A stretch of 62,210 nucleotides of DNA, filler included, from Asterionella formosa (Eukaryota): the NCBI GenBank assembly GCA_002256025.1. It is 26 parts of 26 records of this genome, joined end to end, with 100 filler letters (N's around TTAATTAATTAA, not from the genome) between each part and the next. Parts side by side here need not be neighbours in the genome. Positions count along the whole stretch, not along the records: positions 47,961 to 50,252 come from NKIB01000049.1; positions 50,353 to 52,644 come from NKIB01000050.1; positions 52,745 to 55,032 come from NKIB01000052.1; positions 55,133 to 57,424 come from NKIB01000053.1; positions 57,525 to 59,816 come from NKIB01000054.1; positions 59,917 to 62,210 come from NKIB01000055.1; 20 more parts are not named here. One strand, given 5' to 3'. The notes beneath the pieces are model-generated. The model saw only the letters and a program-made list of their open reading frames with translations. It was not told the origin of the DNA and did no database searches. Positions 49,710 to 62,210 of the stretch are shown in pieces (the stretch's first letter is position 1; every line of letters starts with the position of its first letter). The translations under genes were made by a program, and so were the position numbers.

Positions 49710-50252
49710 ATGAATTCTTCGAAGAAAACGAATCGCAATGAAGACAGTAGTGATGAAGAGTATGTGGTGAGTGAATTCTCAAACATTTCTACATCTTCAT
49801 CCAATGATCATGGCAATGCCACTGTAAGTATTGGTGATGCACAGAGAATGAGAGAATCCTTTCGCACGCATTCCAATGCTGTAGCTTTTGGTTTTTTCAA
49901 TGAAAACGCGGGATCAGGCACAACTCCAGTCAATTCGGAAACCGGAGCAACGACAGCAACAAAGAATGAAAAGGCGTGCACAGGTACAACTCCAGTCGAA
50001 CCCGGAACAACTGGAGCAAGAAGGAATGAAAAGGCGTGCACAGGTACAAGTCCAGTTGATCATGCGGAAACCGGAACAGCGACAGCAACAAAGAATGAAA
50101 GGCATGCACAGATACAGCTCCAGTCAATCATGTGGAAACCGGAACAACTGGAGCAACAAGGAATGAAAAGGCGTGCACAGGTACAAGTCCAGTTGATCTT
50201 GCGGAAACCGGAACAGCGACAGCAACAAAGAATGAAAGGCATGCACAGATAC
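49710..50252 (+). CDS. Unknown ORF with alternating 60-69-bp tandem repeats (frame changes within the array)
   Basis: CCGGA units at 49942, 50002, 50071, 50139 and 50208 alternate between two types. One unit is 68 bp. Confidence 0.4.
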
Positions 50253-51439
50253 NNNNNNNNNNNNNNNNNNNNNNNNNNNNNNNNNNNNNNNNNNNNTTAA
50301 TTAATTAANNNNNNNNNNNNNNNNNNNNNNNNNNNNNNNNNNNNNNNNNNNNGCCACCAGATAAGGTACAGTTGTACATGCGTGAATGCCAAGAACAATG
50401 AACTCATGATCGCAATCAAATAATCACAATATTGTAGCTCACCTTTATCAACAATAAGGTTCTCCTCAACAGAGCTACAATATCTGTTCTTCCTTTCTTT
50501 GTCCCTTTGTCTAAACCCTTGACATTGCGGTTCTCTTCAGTGGTTCATTCAGCTGACTCCCTAGCTGCAACAACAATCATTAACACAAGCTTTTCTGCTC
50601 CCATGCCCATTTGTCTCCCCATCATGCTCATTGCTGATTCTGGTACTAGTTCCGGCACAATTATGCCACATTTGATCTACCTGTAATCAACCCACAGCCT
50701 ACCACAAACCCTGTCACTATCCAACTTCCCAGTGGTGAACATGTCACCACATCTACACATAAGGCTGAGTCATCTCTAACTAGTAGTGTGCTTTTACCTG
50801 CTGTTCGGCCATCATGTACATCTCAACCCCAGTCTGCACAACTGTTATTTGTCAAGCAGCATTGGGCAGCTTTGCGATTCTGGATCTATGAGGTCACAAT
50901 CACCTGTAAAAACATGTCTGATGCATAGTGCACTCGAAAGCAAAATGACCTCATACCCCCAATTAATTATACTAAATTAATTACATCAGAAGAACATTAT
51001 TCTTCTTGTACATATACCGGTAGACGTATAGAAAAGGCGATGCCAGCTCAATAGAGTAAATGTGAAAATATCCATCTTTCGCAATTTCGTGTCGACTGCA
51101 ACCTTTGGGCCGTAATAAGTATTTAACAAGAACTTACACAATGCAACAATAAAAGTACATAAGTGTTTACTTGCTATATAAATCTGAAAAACTCCGCCTT
51201 CGTGACAATAAGTAAAATATCTTGCAAACTAAGTTCAAACCGTGCGTTTACTCCATTTAGCGGTGGCTTACAGCAGTTCAAAAGTCATCATAGTGGTGGC
51301 TTATAGTTTTTAACTGATACCCTTAAATTATTTATGTAGCCGAAATCACAATATTGGGCCGCCCAAATAATTAATATGGGTGATCATATTTGACTAGCGT
51401 TTTTTCTGGCGGCTGTACCAAGAATTGGCATTGTAGATG

Positions 51440-51930
51440 TGCTATTACACAACTTCTCAATTATTGCGCTACCAATCCAGAAGCCATGCTCTGCTACCCT
51501 AGCTCCATCAGTGACATGGCTTTCCATGTTGAAAGCGAGGCATCTCATCTGTTTGAAACAAATGGTCGTCCCTATGCTGCTGGCATTCATTTTCTCCATC
51601 CCAGCATATGGATTCTTCTATCATCTTAATGGTGCGATTTATGTGCATTGCTGGCTGCTTCATTTCATAATGGTAAAAAGGCTTATGCTATTTGCAACAT
51701 GCTTGCCGAACTTGGCCATGCACAACCTTCCACCCCCAGCCCATGGTTACTAATAATAGCACTGCCAGTGGTATTGTTAATGACACGACTGTCCACCAAA
51801 AACGTTCCAAAGCTATGTATAGTATGCGTTTTTCTTGCTGAGTCAGTGATCGGGCTCACCAGGGTAAGAGATGTCAAGTAAATTTTATAGTATGTTAAAG
51901 TTATCCAATAATCGCACTTGGGCCAAAACA
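51440..51930 (+). pseudogene. Highly decayed copia RNase H region (a further CoDi lineage)
   Basis: SDMAFHVESEASHL....R..AAG.HFL, LNGAI, LAELGHAQP.TP, NSTASGIVN and KRSKAM, spread across frames. Confidence 0.7.
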
Positions 51931-52047
51931 AATGGACACAATTAGTACCGGTTTTATTTGTCTGTACGCTAGTACAACCACGGGACTTGTCTTTTCCTCA
52001 GCCGTGGCACCTCCCGAAACCCTAGGGAATAATTTTAAGAAGACAGA

Positions 52048-52113
52048 TGGAGAATGCAGGAATCGAACCCCACCACCACAGATGATGTGCCAACCACTAG
52101 CTAAGCCACTCCC
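52048..52113 (-). other. tRNA-derived element (SINE head or tRNA pseudogene)
   Basis: A-box-like TGGCTTAG[CTAG]TGGTT, CTGTGG loop, B box GGTTCGATTCC, then TGCATTCTCCA. The acceptor stem does not pair well. Confidence 0.5.
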
Positions 52114-52420
52114 TGGATATATGTAGTAAAATGGACCCAAACAAATGAACACAATTAGTAGTACCGGTTTTATTCATCCATATGGTGCAATAGGACCTCC
52201 GTCTTATACTGCTGAATACCAGGCAGTACTCCTAAACATATGTAAGATGAAGTGTACAATGTATAGTGCATATTTTTTTTGTTTGGCTGGATTCATGCAC
52301 ATGATGATATGTACAGTTAGTACCCAAGATAGCACGCATTTCCTCTGAACTATAATTATTCAGCTGAAATAATGTTATTTTTTTTTATACTGGAATAAGC
52401 TATAGTGGAAAAATAGATTT

Positions 52421-52473
52421 GTTGGTTAGTAGCTCGACTTCCAAGGTGACAGGTTCAATTCCCGCATTCTCCA
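52421..52473 (+). other. Second tRNA-derived element
   Basis: TGGTTAG...CTTCCAA...GGTTCAATTCCCGCATTCTCCA shares the B box and 3' tail with 52048-52113. Confidence 0.45.
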
Positions 52474-53712
52474 CTTGCTTTGTTTATGTTGCTAGCTAGT
52501 AGTGGTCCCTAGGGTTCAGGTGTGTGTGGCAAACAACAAGGTACCAGTAAAGAAGTGCTGTGACCCACTGAGTTCTCCTATTCGTTTGATTAGTTCGACT
52601 ACACCTTTTCCATGCCTTGCGAGAATCAAACTTCCAGGTCTTGTNNNNNNNNNNNNNNNNNNNNNNNNNNNNNNNNNNNNNNNNNNNNTTAATTAATTAA
52701 NNNNNNNNNNNNNNNNNNNNNNNNNNNNNNNNNNNNNNNNNNNNTGCTTGATCAAAAAGACAAACAAGGATGTAACCACCATGACTCAAACTACCAGTAC
52801 TGGTAGTCAAAAACGTCACACTTTTTCTGAAATCCTTGCTATTCCAGTATAGCCATGATACTAAAGTAGGAGAAACAAAGGATGATGTCAATAGATTGAC
52901 CACTTATTACTAAGTAAAATATTGGTGTAGTTTCTGATACTGTATGTTGTCCTGATATCAAATTGAGAAAAAGCATAAGATCATATTCTGATGCCATTAA
53001 TGATTTCTTTAAAAATAGTTGAAAAAGAGATTGATGGAAATGCTAGAACAAGAAGGAGCCAAGAGCAATCACAGACAGTACAAAATGCCTGTGACAACAA
53101 CATCTTGGTTCCCTCCTTGTCTAAAATCCTGCCAGCAATGATATCCAGTCACACTATCCCTCCCACTTCATACATGAATTTCTGATAGGCCGCTCTGTTA
53201 AAGATGCAAAATGATGAACAGAGAGCATTGTTATCATACAATCTCCGATTCCGAGATGTGGAAGGGCGAAAAATTCGCAGACAACATTGGTGGGAAACTG
53301 GCAATGTTCGTTCAGGAAGGTTGGCATAAGAAAGCAAGGAATCCGTTGGGGTCTCCTGGATCTCCTTCATTGTAGAAGTGTAATCAAATAAATGTTTTGG
53401 TGGAATCATTATATGGATGATCAAATGGGGCGACAAAATGGCATCTGTTCTCCGGGGGAGTGAATGGCCTACTCATCAAGCTAATTGGGCGCTATCGCTT
53501 TGATGCTATAATCCGTTACCTCCATGTCGAGATGTCGAGACCCGTCCTGCCTGTTATGGCGGGCCTCTCTCAACTCATGCTGGCAGGCGGCGATTACCAG
53601 CTCCTTCAGGAAATCGCCACCATGCACCTACCCAACCCAACCAACACAACTGCTATGGCCTAAAAATGGGTGCCGAGACCAGCATACCGGTCTCGGATTC
53701 GGCCTAGTAAAG

Positions 53713-53864
53713 CCAAAATTACCCATAGCTGTGTACCCACGCTCGCATTTATGACGACTAAAGTCGCCCTTTCCATGGCCTTGTCTTGTCACGTGCTAGG
53801 AGTAGGTAAGGAGATTGTACGTGGGTACAGAGCTATGGGTAATTTTGGTTTAGGGTTAGGGTTA
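53713..53864. repeat. 29-bp inverted repeat followed by TTAGGGTTAGGGTTA
   Basis: Arms at 53713-53741 and 53820-53848 (one mismatch). Telomere-like hexamers at 53850-53864. Confidence 0.85.
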
Positions 53865-54458
53865 CAGAGCCATAGCGCCACTACCGGTAGTGCGTTTCAG
53901 TAAAAAATTGCTGCTCTTTCTGAATCTATAATATGAATGGTGTGGATATATATACATGGCTCGCGGTTAAGGCGTGGGCACATTTGTTCAGTGGAAAACG
54001 TGTTTTTAACTATAAATGGTATCAATATATTTATGGCTCGCCGTTACAGCGTGGGTATATTGCTTTAGTCGAAAAGTGTTGGCTTTTTATGAGTCTATAT
54101 ATATCTGGTTTGGATATGTATATATGGCAAGCGGTTTTATGTACATGTATATTACTCCAATACATTCGATGTGCAATTCCTCTCCCATCATACTGTTATC
54201 TGTTGCTCATATGGCGTGCTATTGTAATGTAGTTACGTCCTGTTACTAAACCCTTACATAGGAGGTATCCTTATCCTTTCTTGTATTGTTTATTTAATGG
54301 TCGTTTGCCTGTGGCAACACTATTCGAATTTGGTTATGATAAACCCAAACACAACCTCCAAATATTTTCAAAAGGTCACATCAGCCAGGTGCAATAAGTT
54401 CCAACAGTGGTACGCATTTTAGTGAATTTGTTACATCCATTGTCGAGCTCCCATCATA

Positions 54459-55032
54459 ATGAATCGTAAGACAAAAGGTAAGCATCTGGATAAGGAGGAT
54501 CGTTATGAGAAACCGCAAATTGACATGACTACCAAACCAGCCATTGACACGGCCACTACCTTGACAGCCTTATCGGCAAGGCGATTCAATCCCATTCCTC
54601 AAAAGCGTGCATTCATAACTAAAACGCCGCGTATACAACGCGCCCTCAGGAGTGACGGGCCAGTCCAAACACCGGAGTCGCTAAAAAAAATACCAGGAGA
54701 GAAAAGGAAATTTCGACCTGATCAGGCTGAGGCAGACTCTGGATCATTGAAAGTTGCGCCATCGAAGGAGGAGGAGGAGGGTATTCCAGTGCTGCGGGAA
54801 GAGTTGAAAGCAATACGATCTGATATGGCGCAGATGATGGCTGTGTTTATGGGTGCTATGTCTAACTTTCAGCCTCAGTGTCAGGATGAACTTCAAACAT
54901 TAACAGAAGCGGTATTATCTCATGAATCGAAAGCCACAGTTGGACCAACACAACAGTTGTTTGAACCTGCACTGTGTCCTGTTTGTCAGGTGCAGTTAAA
55001 CTTTCTGTCCGCTGCCACAGACCTACAGCTTC
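54459..55032 (+). CDS. Hypothetical protein (coiled-coil-like stretch and CxxC), 3'-truncated
   Basis: Open frame from ATG to the contig end, with LREELKAIRSDMAQMM and CPVC. No family recognised. Confidence 0.4.
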
Positions 55033-55132
55033 NNNNNNNNNNNNNNNNNNNNNNNNNNNNNNNNNNNNNNNNNNNNTTAATTAATTAANNNNNNNNNNNN
55101 NNNNNNNNNNNNNNNNNNNNNNNNNNNNNNNN

Positions 55133-57424
55133 GAGCGGAGAATGCTCAAATGTTAAATACACTTGAAGAAAACAAAACATTTTACACTGAACGTCAATTT
55201 CAGAGAGCTAAGCGAGCTCGTGATCTATTTCATGCCTTGGGTACACCATCAATTAATGATTTCAAGGCAATAATTCGTATGAATACGATCAACAATAATC
55301 CAGTGACTACCGATGATATCAAAATTGCAGAGAAAATTTTTGGACCTGACATCGGAACACTAAAAGGCAAGACAACTCGTCGCAAGCCGCTGCCAGTCGT
55401 GAACGACTACATCGAGATTCCTAAGGAGCTTATCCAAGCTCAACGTGAAGTGACTCTTTGCATGGATGGAATGAAAGTCAATGGACAATCATTTCTCACA
55501 ACAATTTCTCGAAACATTATGTATAGGACAGCGCAATGGGTCAAGAATCAGACAGCTGAAGTCTATCGAGATGCTTTGATTCAAGTATTCCGTGTTTATA
55601 ATACCGGAGGATTTAAAATTACAACAATCCACTGTGACAACGAGTTTCGACCTTTGATGGAACAAATTTCCAATGAATTTCAAGTCACTATGAACTACGC
55701 AAACCCACAAGAACATGTTCCCGAAGCGGAGCGAAATAATCGAGTGATTAAAGAACGCGTGCGCGCAGCTTATCATCGATTACCTTTCAAACATTTGCCG
55801 CGACTGATGATTAAGATTCTAGTGACAGAATCTGCAAGGAAACTGAATTTCTTTCCGGCAAAGAACGGGATATCCCCGTATTACAGTCCTCGTATGATTT
55901 TACATCAACGAAACCTGGACTATGCTCGACATTGCCAGTATACATTTGGCACTTATGTCCAAGCACATGAAGAACCTGTGTTTTCAAACACAAATGCACC
56001 TCGCAGCCTAGATTGCATTTTTCTACGCTACAATGACAATGTGCAAGGAGGTCATGAATTGTTACACCTACCTACAAATTCATTGATCACTAGACGAACA
56101 ATTACTCCTCTACCACTTACCCCAGCAATCATGAATCAAGTACACGCCCTTGCTGTGCAGGAAAATATGCCAGATGGTGTCAAGATAGCAAATCGAACGG
56201 GGCAACTATTTTATGATAGTGCTTGGATTGCAGGAGTGGATTATGATAATGAAGCATTTGAAGATGCACAAGATGAAGATTATGAAGATCAAGATGCTAG
56301 TGACAACGAAAGCAATGATGAAATTCTCGGAGAAGAAGACTATGATGAAATGACTCCGGACGAAATATATGAAGCAGAACAGCTCGAATTAAATGACAAT
56401 ACTCAAGAGGATGACCCTGAACCTGACGAGGGCAACAATGAGAATAATATTGAAATGAATGCAGATGATATCCAAGATGAGGATGAAGAGCCAGCAAATG
56501 AAACTGAAAATGAAGAGGCATTGTTAGAAGTCAATCCAAGCACTCAGGATGACTCAGACCCAAATGTTAAAATTACAAGGTCTGGAAGAGTCTCAAGACC
56601 ACCATCAAAACTAACTATGGTCCAAAATCATTTGCATACCCAAGCACACTGTCGAGAAGAATACACGATTGATAATGCGAAAGTGATCGCAAAGACAATG
56701 TGTTATATGAATGAGATGTGTATCGATAAAGAAGCATTTCACTTTGTTCAGTCATACAGCTTAAGGAAAGGCCTCAAGAAATTTGGCCAGAAAGGAAGAG
56801 ACGCTGCTTATAAGGAAATGAAACAACTACATGATAGAGTTGTGTTTGAACCGATTAGGATTGAAGACCTAACTGATATCGAAAAGCGACGTGCAATGGA
56901 AAGTCTAATTTTTTTGGTTGAAAAGAGAGACAAGAGCATTAAAGGCAGAGCATGTGCCAATGGCAGTTCGCAACGTGAATACATGGAAAGAGATGAAGCA
57001 GCTAGTCCAACTACCATGACTGAATCTGTTATGATAACAGCAACAATTGATGCGAAGCAAAATCGCGATGTTATGACTGCAGATATACCCAATGCATTTG
57101 TGCAAGTGGATATCGATGAGAAAGAAAAAGGGGAACGAATCATTATGAAGATTAGAGGTTTACTTGTCAATATGTTGACAGAACTCAGCCCCAAGACTTA
57201 TGAAAAATATGTTGTTTATGAAGGGAACAACAAGGTCCTATATGTTAGGATGATCAAGGCATTATATGGCATGTTACAGTCATCATTATTATATTACAAG
57301 AAATTTCGGAAGGATATTGAGTCAATTGGATTCAAGGTAAACCCATATGATCCATGTGTTGCAAATCGCATTGTTAATGGCAAACAGCACACAGTTACTT
57401 GGCACGTAGACGATTTGAAATCAA
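55133..57424 (+). mobile_element. Ty1/copia (CoDi-type) pol: integrase, acidic linker, RT; uninterrupted ORF
   Basis: DDE core LCMDGM / HCDNEF / HVPEAERNNR, then KGRACANGS, ADIPNAF, KALYGM, NPYDPCV and WHVDD. Pre-integrase motifs are related to 14698-16717. Confidence 0.96.
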
Positions 57425-59240
57425 NNNNNNNNNNNNNNNNNNNNNNNNNNNNNNNNNNNNNNNNNNNNTTAATTAATTAANNNNNNNNNNNNNNNNNNNN
57501 NNNNNNNNNNNNNNNNNNNNNNNNGTGAAGTTTTAACGGTTGCATGTGAAGTTTTAACTGTTTCATGTGAAGTTTTCACAATGAATTTTGAACGCGAGAC
57601 TGAATTAGTTGATGTTTCAAATAATTCATTTGAAAGTTCAACTAAGATCCTGCTATTGAGGCTAATTAATACATTCACAACACGCGTTTTACTTAATGAA
57701 ATAGTAAGGATATTTGTGGTGTCTAATGTCATCCATCTGAGATCAAAGTTTTACGGTTGTACACATCACATGAAGAACTCACACTTACCGGTAAAAAAGC
57801 TCCCTCTTCCTGGTTTTCATGTTATGTAGGTTATTACCAGTACTAGGTAAATGTACTACTAGCCAGTGGTAGGCAACCCGTTCATAATCATTCAATTAAG
57901 AGTTTACAGGAGAGAAGAAACCATTCGAACTCGTAATGTTTCCGCACACAGCGCACAAAGTATATCCGTTTCGTCCACTTCAGCATGACAATCTTGCCAA
58001 TCAACCCGTAAACAAACACATTCTACTTGTTCTCGTTGAAATTTTCAATTCTCACATGAAACTACATCTACTATTGAGATTCAGCATAGAAGGAGATACG
58101 AAAATGTGCGTAACAGACTACTGTCCACATAGCTATAGTTATAGAATGATTCTGATTAGAATGCATTTCATTTTCATATCACTCGCTCGTTTCTGCATTT
58201 GGCATACTGTACTTGAATTAACTATTGAACTTGTCCGCATCTTTGATACCATCAAGCAAGAGAGCGAAAGCAAGTGGCTCTTTTCAGTGTTGTTTGCTCG
58301 TAGGAAGAATTTGATATCTGTATCGTCATTTGCTTGTTGGAATTGTCCGTTGCCTCAAACTTGCTTGCCATGTGCGTGCACACACTGTCGACTGGTTTTC
58401 AATGGTATGTTGTTCTTGTATTCACTGTTGAACTTGTCTGCATCTTTGTTACCATCAATAGAGCGACGCAGACGAAGTGGGTCTCTTCATTGTTGTTTGC
58501 TCCTGGAAAAGTCGGTGTCCGTGTCTGTGTCATCCTCATCAATAGAGAGACAAGTTGCTTCTTTCGTTGGAAAAATTGGTACCGTATCATCATTCACTCC
58601 TTCGAACCACTGTCCGTTGCCTCAAACCTGATTAGCGTCCAAGTAACGGTATGTGCACTGTTGACTTTAGTACATTACAGGCGGAGTGACTTGTTAGCTA
58701 CTAAATTGCGTGATATAATAATATACCCTGTAGCACGTTGCAGAATACATTTGCTTCCCAATCATCTCATCATGATTGATAAGATGATACTGCGATATCA
58801 TGATAGGGTTACATCGATGCATACATCACCAAAGTATGATACGTAATATTGAATAAAGCACATCACATAGCTATGATTCATTGATCATAAAATTATGATG
58901 ATTTTATGAAATGTTTATGATATAATTTTGATCATGTTAAAATAATACAATGACCATAAAATACGATAAAATATGTACGCAAGTGTTACCAAGACATCAT
59001 AGAATATAAATCAAGCAATCATAAAGTATGTTAATTATTATATATGTTTGTCGTTTAATGTATACACTTAAAGTCAACACTTAATATGATAGTATTATAC
59101 AGTGGATAGGATCTAAGTATACAGATGCATTGATATGTACATCACTATAATATGATTTGTGACATGGATTGATGCATATCACATACCGGTATCCTCAACA
59201 ACCAGCCATCACGTTCATTGTTGTGTCGTCTTTCCTTGTT

Positions 59241-59462
59241 TTAGCTATATATATGCTCAGATCCGTTCTTCCATTGCAAATCTTCCTTCAATAGGTAAAA
59301 TTCGTCATCCTTGAGCATTTGCCTTCCAGCTGCATCATAGGACTGAAGCGCGTCCAGAAAGATACGCTCCTTTTCGGCTACTGTGAGACGAATGAGTTCC
59401 CCACTTTCCGGATCGACAACACAGTATTCCTTGTCAGGACTAGTTTCGTTTTTGCTTGATTC
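59241..59462 (-). pseudogene. PGRL1: Truncated PGRL1 (PGR5-like 1) exon fragment
   Basis: After a CATAG acceptor the translation is ESSKNETSPDKEYCVVDPESGELIRLTVAEKERIFLDALQSYDAAGRQMLKDDEFYLLKEDLQWKNGSEHIYS*. This matches the PGRL1 pattern E..FL.ALQ..Y..G...+..+EF..LKE+L.W.GS. Confidence 0.75.
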
Positions 59463-59916
59463 CTATGGGGAAAGATGGAAGTAAGAATTTTTATTTACTC
59501 ATAAATAGTTACTAACAAAATGGTGTCGTTTCTTTTGCTCCATCGACCGAGTCGGACAGAAGTGTCATGTTTATGACAAGTCTCTTCGTTCCAACCACTC
59601 CTCATATTCGAAACCCGTTTGATTCGTCGTTGTGGCAAGTTTTGTTTTGTTGCGCAGGAAGTCACAAATAGGCGGGAGACATCCATCAACCAAGTCGGAC
59701 AGAAGTGTCAGGTCAGTTCTTGTCTCATCTCTTCGTTCCAACTCCTTTTATTCGAAACCATTTGATACGGCGGGATACAACCTTCCTCGCTGTTTCCTAA
59801 GTCCAATGGTACCACCNNNNNNNNNNNNNNNNNNNNNNNNNNNNNNNNNNNNNNNNNNNNTTAATTAATTAANNNNNNNNNNNNNNNNNNNNNNNNNNNN
59901 NNNNNNNNNNNNNNNN

Positions 59917-62210
59917 GATTGCTGATCGCCATTACAGAGGTGGTATGTGCGATAATAGCGATGCTATTTATAATGACTCGTTGAGTATATCTCACGTTAG
60001 TCATCACCTGAATAATATTGTTTATTTACAGGTTGAATACACTATGGATACCGCTGTTAATGTAACGCGGGATATATATAACTGTATTGATGGACATGAT
60101 GTTCCACATACATATCAGGGACCAATTCCGGTTTCCTGTTTTACTTCTAAGGATATATTAACATCAATTGATTTGATTCCGATGTCCCTTTTAGCGCCAA
60201 AATTGGTGGATAATATACCGATACATAAAATACTACGAGTATTATTCGATAGTGGAGGATCATTATCCTTAATACATGAACGGGTTATGCCTCAAGGTAT
60301 TTCTTTGTCTGACGAGACTTCCCAATTAATACATACCATAGCTGGTACTTATTCATCTCATGCCAGTGTCATGCTATATGACCTGATTTTACCAGAATTT
60401 AATCGATCCGCTCATATTTTACAACAAAAGTGTCAAGTCTTTAATGGTCTATGCACATTTGATGTTATTTTTGGACGTGATTTCCTCCGTCAAGTTGGTT
60501 TAACCATTGATTTCGTAAATAACACCATGTCCTGTATGGATATGATCGTTCCTATGCATCCGCTCACATTCTTTGATGATAGAGAACGTTTACAAGATGT
60601 ATTATTATATTTCGATGCACCTTTGATTGTGGAATCTTCATATGCGCTGGAAATTAAAGCTGCTGAATATAATTATATAAATATTGATACAGTGGTGGAT
60701 AAACAAATACATTTGACAACAATACAACGATCATGTTTACGATCTATATTGGTTAAATATCAAACATTATTTGATGGCAAATTAAAAGTCTATCCTCACA
60801 AACAGGTACATTTGGAATTATTATCAAATGCTGTCCCTCGTCATCACCGAGCATATCCGGTCGCTCATATTCATTTAGAAGTTTTCAAAACTGAATTACA
60901 ACGATTATGTGATATTGGAGTCCTACAAAAATGTGGTGCTTCTAAATGGGCATCTCCCACTTTTATTATTCCAAAAAAGGATGGAAGTGTCCGATGGGTA
61001 TCAGATTTTCGTGAACTTAATAAAGTCATCAATCGCAATATATATCCTTTGCCTCGAATACAAACTATTCTCACTAAACGTGCTGGATATGTATTTTTCA
61101 CCAAATTGGATGTTTCCATGCAATACTATACTTTTGCATTGGATGTGGAGAGTCAAAACTTGTGTGTTATTTCAACTCCATTTGGTTTATATAAATATTT
61201 ACGCCTGCCTATGGGGGTGAAACAATCATCTGACATTGCACAAGAAACTATGGAACAGATCCTTAGTGATTTAGATGATGTGGAAATTTATATTGATGAT
61301 GTGGGTTGTTTTTCAATGAATTTTTCAGATCACCTTCATTTATTGGACACTATTTTACATCGTTTACAGATAAATGGTTTTACAATTAATCCATCTAAGT
61401 GTGAATGGGCCGTCCAAGAGACAGATTGGTTAGGCTATTGGTTAACTCCTAATGGACTGAAACCTTGGTCTAAAAAAGTCCGAGCATTGATTAATATGTC
61501 TTCACCTACCAATCTTAAACAAGTTCGATCATTTCTCGGTGCTGTTACTTACTATCGAGACATGTTTCCTAGACGATCGCATGTTCTTGGACCACTTACG
61601 GATTTAATTGGAACTAGTCCCTTTGTCTGGTTACCTATCCATCAACAAGCTTTTGAAGAAATGAAAGCATTGTTAGTTGCAGATACACTCATGCGTTATC
61701 CTGACCATAATCTCCCTTTTCATATCTTTACTGATGCCTCTGATTATCAATTAGGGTCGGTCATTATGCAAAATGATCTCCCAGTTGCTTATTATTCTCG
61801 CAAATTATCTGCTGCTCAAAAGAATTATACTACTATTGAAAAAGAATTACTTTCTGTGGTAGAAACTTTCAAAGAATTTCGCTCTATGTTATTGGGCGCA
61901 GTTCTACATGTTCACACTGATCATCGAAATCTTATTTATAATACATTACATACACAACGTGTTCTACGATGGCGACTTTACATTGAAGAATACCATCCTA
62001 CTTTTCATTATGTGAAAGGGACTGACAATGCTATTGCAGATTCCATCTCTCGCCTCCCGAGGCTTGAGTCTTTGGTGGAGGATGATATTGATATTGGACC
62101 GAAATCTCCAACATCAACTTCCACTTCTACTTTTTCAATTGAATTAGATGATGAACCTCTGCTTACATGTTTCCTTAATCATCCCATCTTGACAGACAAT
62201 ATTCAATATC
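59917..62210 (+). mobile_element. Ty3/gypsy pol (protease-RT-RNase H), copy C, apparently uninterrupted ORF
   Basis: The frame starting at 59918 reads without a stop to the window end (LFDSGG, RWVSDFR, YIDD, FTDASDY, EKELL). It is absent from the ORF track because no stop is reached. Confidence 0.93.

Noticed and set aside
52048..52473. Functional tRNA-His and tRNA-Gly genes
   Set aside because: Acceptor and D stems do not form properly. Kept only as tRNA-derived elements.
2306..59916. Regularly spaced TTAATTAATTAA palindromes as a biological repeat or CRISPR-like array
   Set aside because: Always embedded in N44 runs. It is an artificial six-frame-stop linker, and the ~2.4-kb periodicity reflects size-sorted contigs.
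1..62210. A multi-gene cluster or operon-like system across the window
   Set aside because: The contigs are unlinked, so only within-contig neighbourhoods are informative. No prokaryotic operon, cas gene or rRNA was recognised.

Overview
This window is not contiguous DNA. It is 26 unrelated short contigs of about 2.29-2.31 kb, joined by 25 identical 100-nt artificial spacers (N44-TTAATTAATTAA-N44), so adjacency across spacers means nothing. The content is eukaryotic, with GT-AG introns, and most likely from a diatom (inferred from an HSF gene, a vacuolar sorting receptor, a PGRL1 fragment and CoDi-type copia elements). Host genes: threonyl-tRNA synthetase (3 exons), a heat-shock factor (2 exons), the 5' end of a vacuolar sorting receptor, an LRR gene with an early stop, a truncated PGRL1 exon and repeat-rich ORFs. 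Most of the rest is transposable-element sequence: at least 4 Ty1/copia lineages, a Ty3/gypsy family (3 pol copies plus an integrase and 3' LTR), decayed pogo/Tc1-like DDE transposons, and a Plavaka-like transposase facing a Ulp1-like protease. The most striking signal is a pervasive TA-(short filler)-TA insertion signature (TACCGGTA, TACC[A/T]GGTA, TACTA, TAGCTA). It shows up as indels between paralogous repeats and resembles stacked excision footprints of TA-targeting transposons. A second notable signal is a candidate array of 21-nt microexons. All family assignments come from motif recognition by eye; no searches were run.
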